This document shows, piece after piece, positions 1-8,216 of a stretch of 47,504 nt of DNA (position 1 is its first letter; each line of letters begins with the position of its first letter). Source of the stretch: Bacteroidales bacterium. GTDB taxonomy: Bacteria > Bacteroidota > Bacteroidia > Bacteroidales > UBA4181. The stretch spans positions 1-47,504 of the forward strand of contig JAVBMZ010000073.1 of assembly GCA_031551935.1 (NCBI GenBank), read 5' to 3'. The notes below the pieces were generated by a model. The model searched no databases and had not been told where the DNA came from. It saw only the letters and a list, made by a program, of their open reading frames with translations. The position numbers were made by a program, and so were the translations under genes.

Positions 1-308
1 ATAAATCCAAACGAATTAATAATTATCGTGTCTTTATTTTTGGAGGTATTATTTCCCTTTTTTATTTACCCAAAAAATACGGGTTGGATGTTGGCATATA
101 TTTGTACTTAAAAACCAACGACTGGTGTTATGAATTGGGGGGTGGGTTTGATTTCTATTTGCCGTATTTCAAATTCTCTATCGAATTACGTGGCTCTTGG
201 GGTATATTTAATGTACTCAACAAGCGAAGCGGTCCTCATCCGGAGTTTCAAAATGCCATCGAAAAACTGCGTTCGTCAGTATATATGCTATCATTTTACA
301 TCGAGTAA
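1..308 (+). CDS. porT: PorT/SprT-family outer-membrane beta-barrel (type IX secretion), 5'-truncated by window edge
   Basis: Frame is open from base 3: KSKRINNYR...YELGGGFDFYLPYFKFSIELRGSWG...IEKLRS..MLSFYIE, resembling the PorT C-terminus. Confidence 0.7.
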   Translation, partial: KSKRINNYRVFIFGGIISLFYLPKKYGLDVGIYLYLKTNDWCYELGGGFDFYLPYFKFSIELRGSWGIFNVLNKRSGPHPEFQNAIEKLRSSVYMLSFYIE

Positions 309-397
309 CGAATTTCCTGTAAACATACAAATATGATACTGGGGCGTATCAAGTTTGTATGTTGCGCATGGAAGAATGAATGTATTCTACCATTTAT

Positions 398-481
398 TTG
401 TGATAAACATTAAAAATGTTGTGATGAATACTAAATGATTTGTGATACACGTTAAAAAGATTGTGGTAAACATTAAATAGG
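398..481. repeat. Four degenerate 21-bp tandem repeats
   Basis: TTGTGATAAACATTAAAAATG / TTGTGATGAATACTAAATGAT / TTGTGATACACGTTAAAAAGA / TTGTGGTAAACATTAAATAGG. Confidence 0.85.
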
Positions 482-486
482 ACGAT

Positions 487-924
487 ATGATACAATATCG
501 CGAAGCCTGTCAAGGTGATATTCCGCTACTATTGAAGCTATATGAACAATTGAATCCAGATGATCAGATGGTGGATCTATTGGTAGCAAATAATATTTGG
601 AAGACCATCGAACAGTGCGGTACCAAATATTTTGTTGCATTAGATGGTGAAAAAATCATTTCTTCATGTTACATCAGCATCATACCAAATTTAACAAGAA
701 ACGGACGATCCATAGGATTTATAGAAAATGTAATTACCGATAGTTTGTACCGACAAAGAGGTATAGGCAAGAGAATTATAGAAATGGCAATCGCATATGC
801 GCGGAAAAATAATTGTTACAAAGTATTATTACAAAGTAGTAATAAACGGGAAGAAGCTCATTCGTTTTATCAATCTATTGGATTTAATGGGGATTCAAAA
901 AAAGCATTTGAATTAAGACTTTAA
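487..924 (+). CDS. GNAT-family N-acetyltransferase
   Basis: IENVITDSLYRQRGIGK acetyl-CoA motif; AHSFYQSIGF. Confidence 0.9.
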   Translation: MIQYREACQGDIPLLLKLYEQLNPDDQMVDLLVANNIWKTIEQCGTKYFVALDGEKIISSCYISIIPNLTRNGRSIGFIENVITDSLYRQRGIGKRIIEMAIAYARKNNCYKVLLQSSNKREEAHSFYQSIGFNGDSKKAFELRL

Positions 925-1138
925 GCAAAATTTGTATTAGAGGTTTTGAAATACTTCAAGTGAATTGCGCTTACATTGGTATATGTATAAAATATAATTG
1001 TCGCTACTCAATAATTTAATGTATTCATTAAAATATATTATCTTTACCCTAAATTCGGTGCAAAATTTACCATTCGGGCGGATCATGTTTTGTATTTATA
1101 GAGCAATCCAGATGCGAACGATATATTAAAGTTGAGAA

Positions 1139-1915
1139 ATGAAAATCCTTGTTATCGGCGCAGGAAATATGGGCGCATGGTTTGTTGAATCATTGTGTTT
1201 GGAACATGATGTAGCAGTATTTGATATTGATAAACGTAAGTTGCGTTACTTTTTTAATGCGCACCGCTTTGTCAGCTTTGATCAAGTGAATGCATTTGCT
1301 CCAGAATTAGTCATCAATGCTGTCAGTCTGCAATATACCACCGCAGCATTCAATGATATATTACCCTATCTTCCGGATTATTGTATCATTTCCGATATTA
1401 CTTCTGTAAAAAACGGTTTATATGATTATTATCGCAATACTGGACGTCGGTTTGTATCTACACACCCCATGTTCGGCCCAACATTTGCCAGTTTAAAAGA
1501 GCTGAGCTCTCAAAGTGCCGTAATCATCACCGAAAGCGACGAGCAAGGCAAGCAATTTTTTCGTGATTTCTACAATTCGTTACACCTTAGTATTTATGAA
1601 TACTCTTTTGAGCAACATGATAAAACGATGGCTTATTCTTTGTCCATTCCGTTTGCGTCGACTATGGTATTTGCAGCCTGTATGAAACATCTGGAAGCTC
1701 CGGGAACCACGTTTAAAAAACATCTTGCCATTGCCCAGGGACTATTGTCGGAAAACGATTACCTGCTCAGTGAAATACTATTAAACCCTTATACTTTGCC
1801 GCAGATTGAAAAGATACATGAGAAACTTTCTGCATTGATGGAGATGATCCAGCAAAAAGACACCAAGGCCTTACATGAGTTTGTTGACGAGTTGCGGAAA
1901 AACATCAGAAACTAA
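1139..1915 (+). CDS. tyrA: Prephenate dehydrogenase
   Basis: N-terminal GAGNMG Rossmann motif, SDITSVK, HPMFGP, HDKTMAY. Confidence 0.92.
   Translation: MKILVIGAGNMGAWFVESLCLEHDVAVFDIDKRKLRYFFNAHRFVSFDQVNAFAPELVINAVSLQYTTAAFNDILPYLPDYCIISDITSVKNGLYDYYRNTGRRFVSTHPMFGPTFASLKELSSQSAVIITESDEQGKQFFRDFYNSLHLSIYEYSFEQHDKTMAYSLSIPFASTMVFAACMKHLEAPGTTFKKHLAIAQGLLSENDYLLSEILLNPYTLPQIEKIHEKLSALMEMIQQKDTKALHEFVDELRKNIRN
1840..1915 (+). repeat. 76-bp direct repeat, copy 1 (3' end of tyrA)
   Basis: Matches 5086-5161 at 70/76 positions by manual alignment. Confidence 0.95.
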
Positions 1916-4900
1916 AATGATTATCTGATGTAATACCTAAATTGATTTTTATAAGGAACAGTAGGTATTATCAACCTGTTGAATAAGGTTGTACCAAAGT
2001 ACCTTTAACTTAAAAGTTGTGCCCGACACATATCAGGGATATTAAGATGAAAGGATGGATGATAATGAAGCGGAAAATGAGAAAAATATTGGTATTTTTC
2101 CTGATGTTCACTATGATCTTTAGTGTTTTCACACTGATACCCATAACGGTCGCTAAGGCGAACAATCCGTATCTCCCGTTGTGGGAGCATCTGCCGGACG
2201 GTGAACCGCATGTTTTTGAAGATCCCGACCATCCGGGAAAATTCCGTATCTATATCATTGGATCTCACGACGTCAGGTTTAGAAGTTATTGTGGACCGGA
2301 CATAAGAGTTTGGTCGGCACCTGTTGAGGACTTGTCCAACTGGCGTGATGACGGACCTGTTTTTACATACCAAATAGACGAACAGTGGGATGTAATGTAC
2401 GCACCGGATCTCGTTGAAGTAAAAAGAAAAGACGGCACAAAGGAATACTATCTCTACCCGCATAGCCGTGGTCCGAACAGAGAAGCGATGGTTGCCAAAG
2501 GGAAACGCCCTGATGGTCCTTTTACCCCCATCAACCTGACTGCTGACGGAAAGCGTACTGTACCCGGAAGTATCATGGGATTCGACCCTTCTGTATATAT
2601 CGAATACGTCACAGATCCGAATGACCCTGATTATGAGATTGGTTTCAGGGCTTATGGATTCTGGGGCTTCCAAAGGTCGCTTGCAGCACAGTTGGATCAG
2701 AACACCATGTATTCGCTCCGTCCCGGAACGCAAATCATCAATTATTTTATACCTGCCAGTTCAAGATACGGGGTCATCAGAGATCCGGAAGGTACTGTTT
2801 ATCCCCATGTCATTTCGAGTGAGGATCTTAGCGGATTCAACTTTTTTGAAGCCGCATCCATACGTAAAGTTGGAAATAAATATGTTTGGGTTTACAGCGG
2901 ATATTCGGGCCCCGACTATGGATTAGGCAGCACCAACTCTGCGTTACGATATGCCTTCGGCGACTCCCCGCTAGGCCCGTGGAAAAGCGGCGGTGTTCTT
3001 GTTGATTCACGTGGACCAGTGTTAGACCAAACCGGCTCTGCCATACAAACTGGTAATGCGGCGCATAATACACATGGAAGCATCGAACAGATCAACGGTC
3101 AATGGTATGCATTCTATCACCGGCCGCCAAGAGGATTCGGAAATGCGCGTCAGCCGATGGTAGCCCCGGTTAAGATTGAATGGGACGAAAAGTCTGTCGC
3201 ACAAGGTGGGAAAGTTATGATCAGGGCATATGACCCGTATTCGGGAAATAATACATGGACTGCGAAGGATAGCCAAGGTAGAGAATATACTGGAGCCGAA
3301 GTTACTTCGGAAGGTTTCCATATCTACGGTCTGGATCCCTATCAATATTATTCCGCAGGATATGCATGTTATCTTTCTGACATTGGCACTCAGCAGGATT
3401 CGTGGGATATATGGGATAACCACATGCCCATTACCAATGTATCGAACGGTCATATCATCGGATACAAATATTTCGGTTTTGGTGGGCTTAAAAAGGATAC
3501 AAAAGGATTGAAAGCTTTTGAAGGAAGCAAACCGGGAAACAATACGGTGTTTAATTTGTACCTTTCGCCAAGAACAGCAAGCCAATTCAAGGTTTCTATT
3601 TGGTTGGACGGGCCTTGGGACAATGATACATGGAAAGGTAAAAAAATTGGCGAGATAAATGTTCCACCGAACTCTACGCAGGCAACGACAAAATTTACGG
3701 TCAACGTTTCTGAGTTTGTTGACCGGTTGGACAACAAGCACGCGATTTTTCTTGTTGCCGAAAGTAGAGATTCGGGCAGCCTTTTCGATTTAATCGGACT
3801 TGGGTTCAGTTCAAACGAAAAAAAGGTTGCTCGTCCAATAGCGCCTATGATAGGTATTTCTGTTGATGGAAAGGCGATAGAACTACCGGCAGTTCCGGTT
3901 AGGTCTACAAATGCAAACGGTATTGTCGGTTATGACCTTTATGAGGCCGTTTTTGCGCTTCCGTCCGGTACAGCCAAAATACCGACCATAACGGCGTCCG
4001 CGAGTGATCCATCTGTGAAAGTGGTCATCAAACAAGCAGAATTGCCTTCCGGAACAGCTGTTGTGAAATTTGATTATAAAGGCGTGGTCAAAACATACCG
4101 AGTCGCGTTTGTTTCGGAACAAAACTAACATGATATAAAATGTCATAAAGAAAATAATGAAATATCCATGTGACCTTAAAAATCAAATTTTATTCGCATG
4201 GATGGTATTTGTTGATTGCAGCATAAATACTCAAAAAAAAATTAAAAAAATAACATATGAAATCATTTGCGCAAAAAGTTAAATTTCTGTTTTTCATCGT
4301 GGTTATTGTTATTCCGGTTCATGCACAGACCATTGATCCGTGTATGCAAAACGATAAATTAACCGGTAATGTCAATCTCTCAATGAGAGGCAGTCAGGGA
4401 AAGGGAAATCTTGAAGGTACTCCGTATCATTATGAAGTATGGGTAGACAGAGGCGGCGCACAGGGTGCCACACTTTCGTGGTATGGAGCCAATCAGGGAG
4501 GAGGTGCGGCTTATAAAGCATCGTGGACAAACCCAGACTGCTATTTGGGACGTATAGGTTATTTTTGGGGTAATGGCCAGGAATATACCACATATAAAAA
4601 TATTTATGTGGATTTTAACTATACCAGATCAGGCAGAGGTACCGCCGGCGGACATTCTTATATTGGGATTTATGGCTGGTCGCGAAATCCTGACGCTTCA
4701 GATCCAAATGAACAATTGATCGAATATTACATTGTGGATGACTGGTTTGGCAATCAATGGCAATCAGATACCGTGCCTTTGGGTGTCGGTACAACGCGAG
4801 GAACCATCATTGGAACAATTACCGTGGATGGCGCTATTTATGATATACATAAAAGCTTGAGAGTCCAAAAGCCCTCCATAGATGGAACTAAAACATTTAC

Positions 4901-5085
4901 CCAGATTTTCAGCGTGCGGAGATACCTTCGCCAGTGCGGAACAATTTCTGTTACTGAACATTTTAAGAAATGGGAAGAATTGGGTTTAAAATTAGGTAAT
5001 CTATATGAGGCGAAGTTCCTTGTCGAAGCGGGTGCCGGTACAGGATGGATTGATCTTTCATATCTTTCGCTTTCTCAGGAAGAGG
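1916..5085. mobile_element. Inserted GH43-GH11 cassette bounded by the duplicated tyrA 3' end; no mobility gene
   Basis: Flanking 76-bp direct repeats; the cargo is two glycoside hydrolases. Insertion is inferred. Confidence 0.65.
2065..4128 (+). CDS. Secreted GH43-like five-bladed beta-propeller glycoside hydrolase with C-terminal accessory domains
   Basis: Signal peptide, then NPYLPLWEHLPDGEP, YAPD, GFDPSV, FFEAASIRK, NTHGSIEQINGQWYAFYH. Start chosen 6 nt after AAGGATGG; ORF track start is 2017. Confidence 0.8.
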   Translation: MKRKMRKILVFFLMFTMIFSVFTLIPITVAKANNPYLPLWEHLPDGEPHVFEDPDHPGKFRIYIIGSHDVRFRSYCGPDIRVWSAPVEDLSNWRDDGPVFTYQIDEQWDVMYAPDLVEVKRKDGTKEYYLYPHSRGPNREAMVAKGKRPDGPFTPINLTADGKRTVPGSIMGFDPSVYIEYVTDPNDPDYEIGFRAYGFWGFQRSLAAQLDQNTMYSLRPGTQIINYFIPASSRYGVIRDPEGTVYPHVISSEDLSGFNFFEAASIRKVGNKYVWVYSGYSGPDYGLGSTNSALRYAFGDSPLGPWKSGGVLVDSRGPVLDQTGSAIQTGNAAHNTHGSIEQINGQWYAFYHRPPRGFGNARQPMVAPVKIEWDEKSVAQGGKVMIRAYDPYSGNNTWTAKDSQGREYTGAEVTSEGFHIYGLDPYQYYSAGYACYLSDIGTQQDSWDIWDNHMPITNVSNGHIIGYKYFGFGGLKKDTKGLKAFEGSKPGNNTVFNLYLSPRTASQFKVSIWLDGPWDNDTWKGKKIGEINVPPNSTQATTKFTVNVSEFVDRLDNKHAIFLVAESRDSGSLFDLIGLGFSSNEKKVARPIAPMIGISVDGKAIELPAVPVRSTNANGIVGYDLYEAVFALPSGTAKIPTITASASDPSVKVVIKQAELPSGTAVVKFDYKGVVKTYRVAFVSEQN

Positions 5086-5093
5086 GGAGATGA
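4257..5093 (+). CDS. GH11 endo-1,4-beta-xylanase, catalytic domain only
   Basis: Signal peptide; YIGIYGW, LIEYYIVDDW (nucleophile Glu), PSIDGTKTFTQIFSVR, GTISVTEHFKKWE, LVEAG (acid/base Glu). Confidence 0.92.
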   Translation: MKSFAQKVKFLFFIVVIVIPVHAQTIDPCMQNDKLTGNVNLSMRGSQGKGNLEGTPYHYEVWVDRGGAQGATLSWYGANQGGGAAYKASWTNPDCYLGRIGYFWGNGQEYTTYKNIYVDFNYTRSGRGTAGGHSYIGIYGWSRNPDASDPNEQLIEYYIVDDWFGNQWQSDTVPLGVGTTRGTIIGTITVDGAIYDIHKSLRVQKPSIDGTKTFTQIFSVRRYLRQCGTISVTEHFKKWEELGLKLGNLYEAKFLVEAGAGTGWIDLSYLSLSQEEGR

Positions 5094-5161
5094 TCCAGCA
5101 AAAAGATACCAAGGCTTTGCATGAATTTGTTGATGGGTTGCGGAAAAACATCAGAAACTAA
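5086..5161 (+). repeat. 76-bp direct repeat, copy 2: orphan tyrA 3' end (EMIQQKDTKALHEFVDGLRKNIRN*)
   Basis: Six substitutions versus copy 1: five synonymous in the tyrA frame and one E>G. Confidence 0.95.
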
Positions 5162-5221
5162 TTCGTCTGGATTATGTTTACATGTTAAAAGCGGAGATGT
5201 TGTTGTGTAGAATTTGAATCT

Positions 5222-6139
5222 TTGAACTTGTCATCGGCTACTTTCTTTTACCGCGTTTTTGACCTTGTCGTTGAATCCCAGTACGAATGTCCTGAGTTAT
5301 TGTCTGATATAGGTTTGTCTGTGCCTGATATTCAGATATGTCAGGGTATAGTGCCCGATCATTTAGACAATGCTGTGACATTGGGGAGTTGGATAGAAGG
5401 GAATCCACAACAAATATTATTAAATATTTCCGGCGTAGCACGTTTCTTGATTGCAAATGCGAGGGAAATCACAGTACATCCTGATGAAAATGCTGTATCA
5501 GATAATATCCGTTTGTATTTGCTCGGATCGGCAATGGGAGCACTGCTGCATCAACGCGGAATATTGCCTTTCCATGGAAGTTCTGTTGCTTACGATGGAC
5601 AAGCGATTACTTTTTCAGGTCCATCGGGAATCGGAAAATCTACTTTAGCGGGAGCACTGGTTGCCCGGGGATACCGGATGCTGGCCGACGATATAAGTGC
5701 CATGTCTTTTTACGAAAATGGCTCACCATTGGTTAATCCTGGTATGCCTCAACTCAAACTACACAGTGATGCCATACAGCAGTTGGGATATGATCTTTCA
5801 TTGGCGCGCCCATTGGGTAACCATGCCGGAAAATACGGATATCCGGAACATACGGCATTTGTTTCCAACTCTTTGCCTTCTAAAACTATATACATACTTG
5901 GCAGACATACCGAAAATCGTTTTGAGGATATTGTATTAAAAGGTATGGATAAATTCCATGCATTACAAGTCAATGTATATCGTCCTTCTTTTGTGAAGGC
6001 CATGGGGATAGAACGCCGTCACTTTGACATGCTCCGGAAGCTTGCCTGGCAAGTGGATGTCCATCTGCTATTACGTCCTGCCGAGGACTTTCGCATAGAT
6101 GAATTAGCTGATCTTGTATCTCATTGGATAACAAAATGA
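5222..6139 (+). CDS. HPr-kinase-like serine kinase (related to lasso-peptide/PqqD-associated kinases)
   Basis: LLHQRGILPFHGSSV, Walker A GPSGIGKST, LADD; TTG start. Confidence 0.8.
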   Translation: MNLSSATFFYRVFDLVVESQYECPELLSDIGLSVPDIQICQGIVPDHLDNAVTLGSWIEGNPQQILLNISGVARFLIANAREITVHPDENAVSDNIRLYLLGSAMGALLHQRGILPFHGSSVAYDGQAITFSGPSGIGKSTLAGALVARGYRMLADDISAMSFYENGSPLVNPGMPQLKLHSDAIQQLGYDLSLARPLGNHAGKYGYPEHTAFVSNSLPSKTIYILGRHTENRFEDIVLKGMDKFHALQVNVYRPSFVKAMGIERRHFDMLRKLAWQVDVHLLLRPAEDFRIDELADLVSHWITK

Positions 6140-7530
6140 AGACGTGGATAAATGCTATTTTTGGTATACATTCCATGATGGGTGTCCTCATGGCTTTTTT
6201 TATTGCATCCTGTTCCCATGATGATACTGTATCGAATACTGGTTTGAAATTTTCTGCTGATACTGTGCGGTTCGATACCGTATTTACCACTTTAGGTTCT
6301 GCCACCAAGCGTTTGATAGTATATAATCCTGCCAAGCAAGCCGTTCATGTCAACATTGCATTGGAAGGAGGTGTTGCCTCGCCTTTTAAGCTCAACATCG
6401 ACGGATTGGCTGCAAATCACGTCGAAGGTATAGAAATAGCCGCCAAAGATAGCATGTATATTTTTGTGGAAGTAAAAGTGGATCCGCAAAATAGCGATAT
6501 TCCCGTTCTTATTGGTGATGCTGTGCTTTTTGAAACCGCCCTGTACCGACAGCGTGTTTTCTTGGAAGCATACGGACAGGATGTATTTATCCTGCGCGAT
6601 CAAACCATTCAAAGTCAGGTATGGTCGGGAGAAAAACCATACCTTGTGTATGGTCGTTTAGTGATCGATACTTTGGAGACGCTGCATATCGAAGCAGGTG
6701 TTCGTGTCTATATGCATCAGGGAGCAGGCATTTATGTGAAGGGAACGGTCGTTGCAGAGGGGGACGCGGATAGTCCTATTGTTTTCTCTGGAGATCGTTT
6801 AGAGAAGATGTATCATGATATTCCAGGGCAATGGGGAAGTGTTATATTTGGTACTGCGAGTGTCGACAATCTTTTGCGACATGTGGTTATTCGTAATGGT
6901 ACCAACGGACTGATATTTGGAAATCCTGAATACGCGCAAACCCCTGTTATCGCATTGAATGCTGTCACCATCGCCAATATGTCGTATGCAGGATTAATGA
7001 TTTTTGCCTCCGATATAGATGCTGTGAATTGTTTGATTGTCAATTGTGGTACATATACGGTGGGCTTATTTTGTGGAGGTACATCACGCTTTGTTCATTG
7101 CACCATTGCCAATAATTATTCACCCTACATTCGTCGCAGAGCCATTCCTTCTCTGGTAGTAAATCATGTGTATCCACTCTCCGGTACGATCGTTGAAGGG
7201 AGAATCCCTGCTAACATCTTTTTAGGGAATACGATCATCTATGGAACAATGGACGAGGAAATATCCATCGATCAAACTGCCGGATATTCTTTTGATCATT
7301 GTTTGTTACGAACTCAATTGAATACAACATCCGGTGCCTTTACTGATGTATTGGTGAATACTGATCCGTTATTTGTAGCTCCGGAAGATGGCGATTTTCA
7401 TTTGCAAGAAGCATCTCCTGCCCGGGATGCAGGAGATATGACTATAGATGTAACCATCACGGAAGATTTGGACGGTAACAATCGCATTGTTGGTCAGGCT
7501 CCGGATATAGGAGCTTATGAATGGCAGTAA
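6136..7530 (+). CDS. Lipoprotein with right-handed beta-helix repeats and a choice-of-anchor-Q-like C-terminus
   Basis: Lipobox IASC; FSADTVRFDTVFTT; PGQWGSV; DFHLQEASPARDAG...DLDGNNR...PDIGAYE; ATGA overlap with the upstream kinase. Confidence 0.75.
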   Translation: MKTWINAIFGIHSMMGVLMAFFIASCSHDDTVSNTGLKFSADTVRFDTVFTTLGSATKRLIVYNPAKQAVHVNIALEGGVASPFKLNIDGLAANHVEGIEIAAKDSMYIFVEVKVDPQNSDIPVLIGDAVLFETALYRQRVFLEAYGQDVFILRDQTIQSQVWSGEKPYLVYGRLVIDTLETLHIEAGVRVYMHQGAGIYVKGTVVAEGDADSPIVFSGDRLEKMYHDIPGQWGSVIFGTASVDNLLRHVVIRNGTNGLIFGNPEYAQTPVIALNAVTIANMSYAGLMIFASDIDAVNCLIVNCGTYTVGLFCGGTSRFVHCTIANNYSPYIRRRAIPSLVVNHVYPLSGTIVEGRIPANIFLGNTIIYGTMDEEISIDQTAGYSFDHCLLRTQLNTTSGAFTDVLVNTDPLFVAPEDGDFHLQEASPARDAGDMTIDVTITEDLDGNNRIVGQAPDIGAYEWQ

Positions 7531-7597
7531 ACAGCGATATGCAAACATTGTTTTTATGGAACATTTATGTTTTTCCTGCGTATACTATAAAATATAG

Positions 7598-7605
7598 TAC
7601 TTTTG
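7598..7605 (+). promoter_or_regulatory. Bacteroidota -7 promoter box
   Basis: TACTTTTG matches TAnnTTTG upstream of the 7682 ORF. Confidence 0.45.
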
Positions 7606-7681
7606 AACATCTTTCATCGGGCAATTGTTGTTGTGAATAGTAGTGTTTGTTGCATTACGATAAACAATAAAAGCTGAACCG

Positions 7682-8164
7682 ATGAAAGGGAGATATTTAG
7701 TGATAATATTAGTTATAGGATCGTTTGTCGCTGCCTGCAACGATGATCCAGATTACCGCGACACCTACGTGGGAGATTATGTTGGTAATGGTTATAGTGG
7801 CAGGTTGGTAGTAGAGGGTACCGGGATAAGCAAAGTCATCAGCCCTGAAAGTGGCGTAATTCACGTAGCCAAGGATAAGTCATCTGTGCATATACTCAAG
7901 ATCACCATTGATGAAAATACTTATTCGGCACGCTTTGAGAGTGGTTTATTGAGTATCGATCCCATTCCCTTTGATTGGGAAGACGCTTCTTATCCGGGAT
8001 ATACTTTCGAGACATATCAGTCGGCTTCTGGTTCTATTACGGAACAATATATTAAATTGAATTTCCAATACAGCGGGACGGCTACCTATACCCCGAGTGA
8101 AAATCCGAGTGATGTTGCTTATTATGATATCGGTGGTACAGGAACGTGCAGCGGGACAAAATAG
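7682..8164 (+). CDS. Hypothetical lipoprotein
   Basis: Signal peptide with VAAC followed by acidic NDDPD export-type signal. Confidence 0.75.
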   Translation: MKGRYLVIILVIGSFVAACNDDPDYRDTYVGDYVGNGYSGRLVVEGTGISKVISPESGVIHVAKDKSSVHILKITIDENTYSARFESGLLSIDPIPFDWEDASYPGYTFETYQSASGSITEQYIKLNFQYSGTATYTPSENPSDVAYYDIGGTGTCSGTK

Positions 8165-8216
8165 GGAATGTCAAGCGATAGAAATATAAAAACACTGCGA
8201 AAGAACAGTTGATCAT

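Noticed and set aside
398-481. 21-bp arrays (also 37319-37423) as CRISPR
   Set aside because: Units are contiguous and degenerate, with no unique spacers and no cas genes
2005-3741. Long antisense ORFs (242 aa and 239 aa) over the GH43 gene
   Set aside because: Shadow frames of a well-supported gene with no recognisable motifs
1840-5161. tyrA repeat pair as a DGR template/variable repeat
   Set aside because: Mismatches are not adenine-specific (three C/T), are mostly synonymous, and there is no reverse transcriptase in the window
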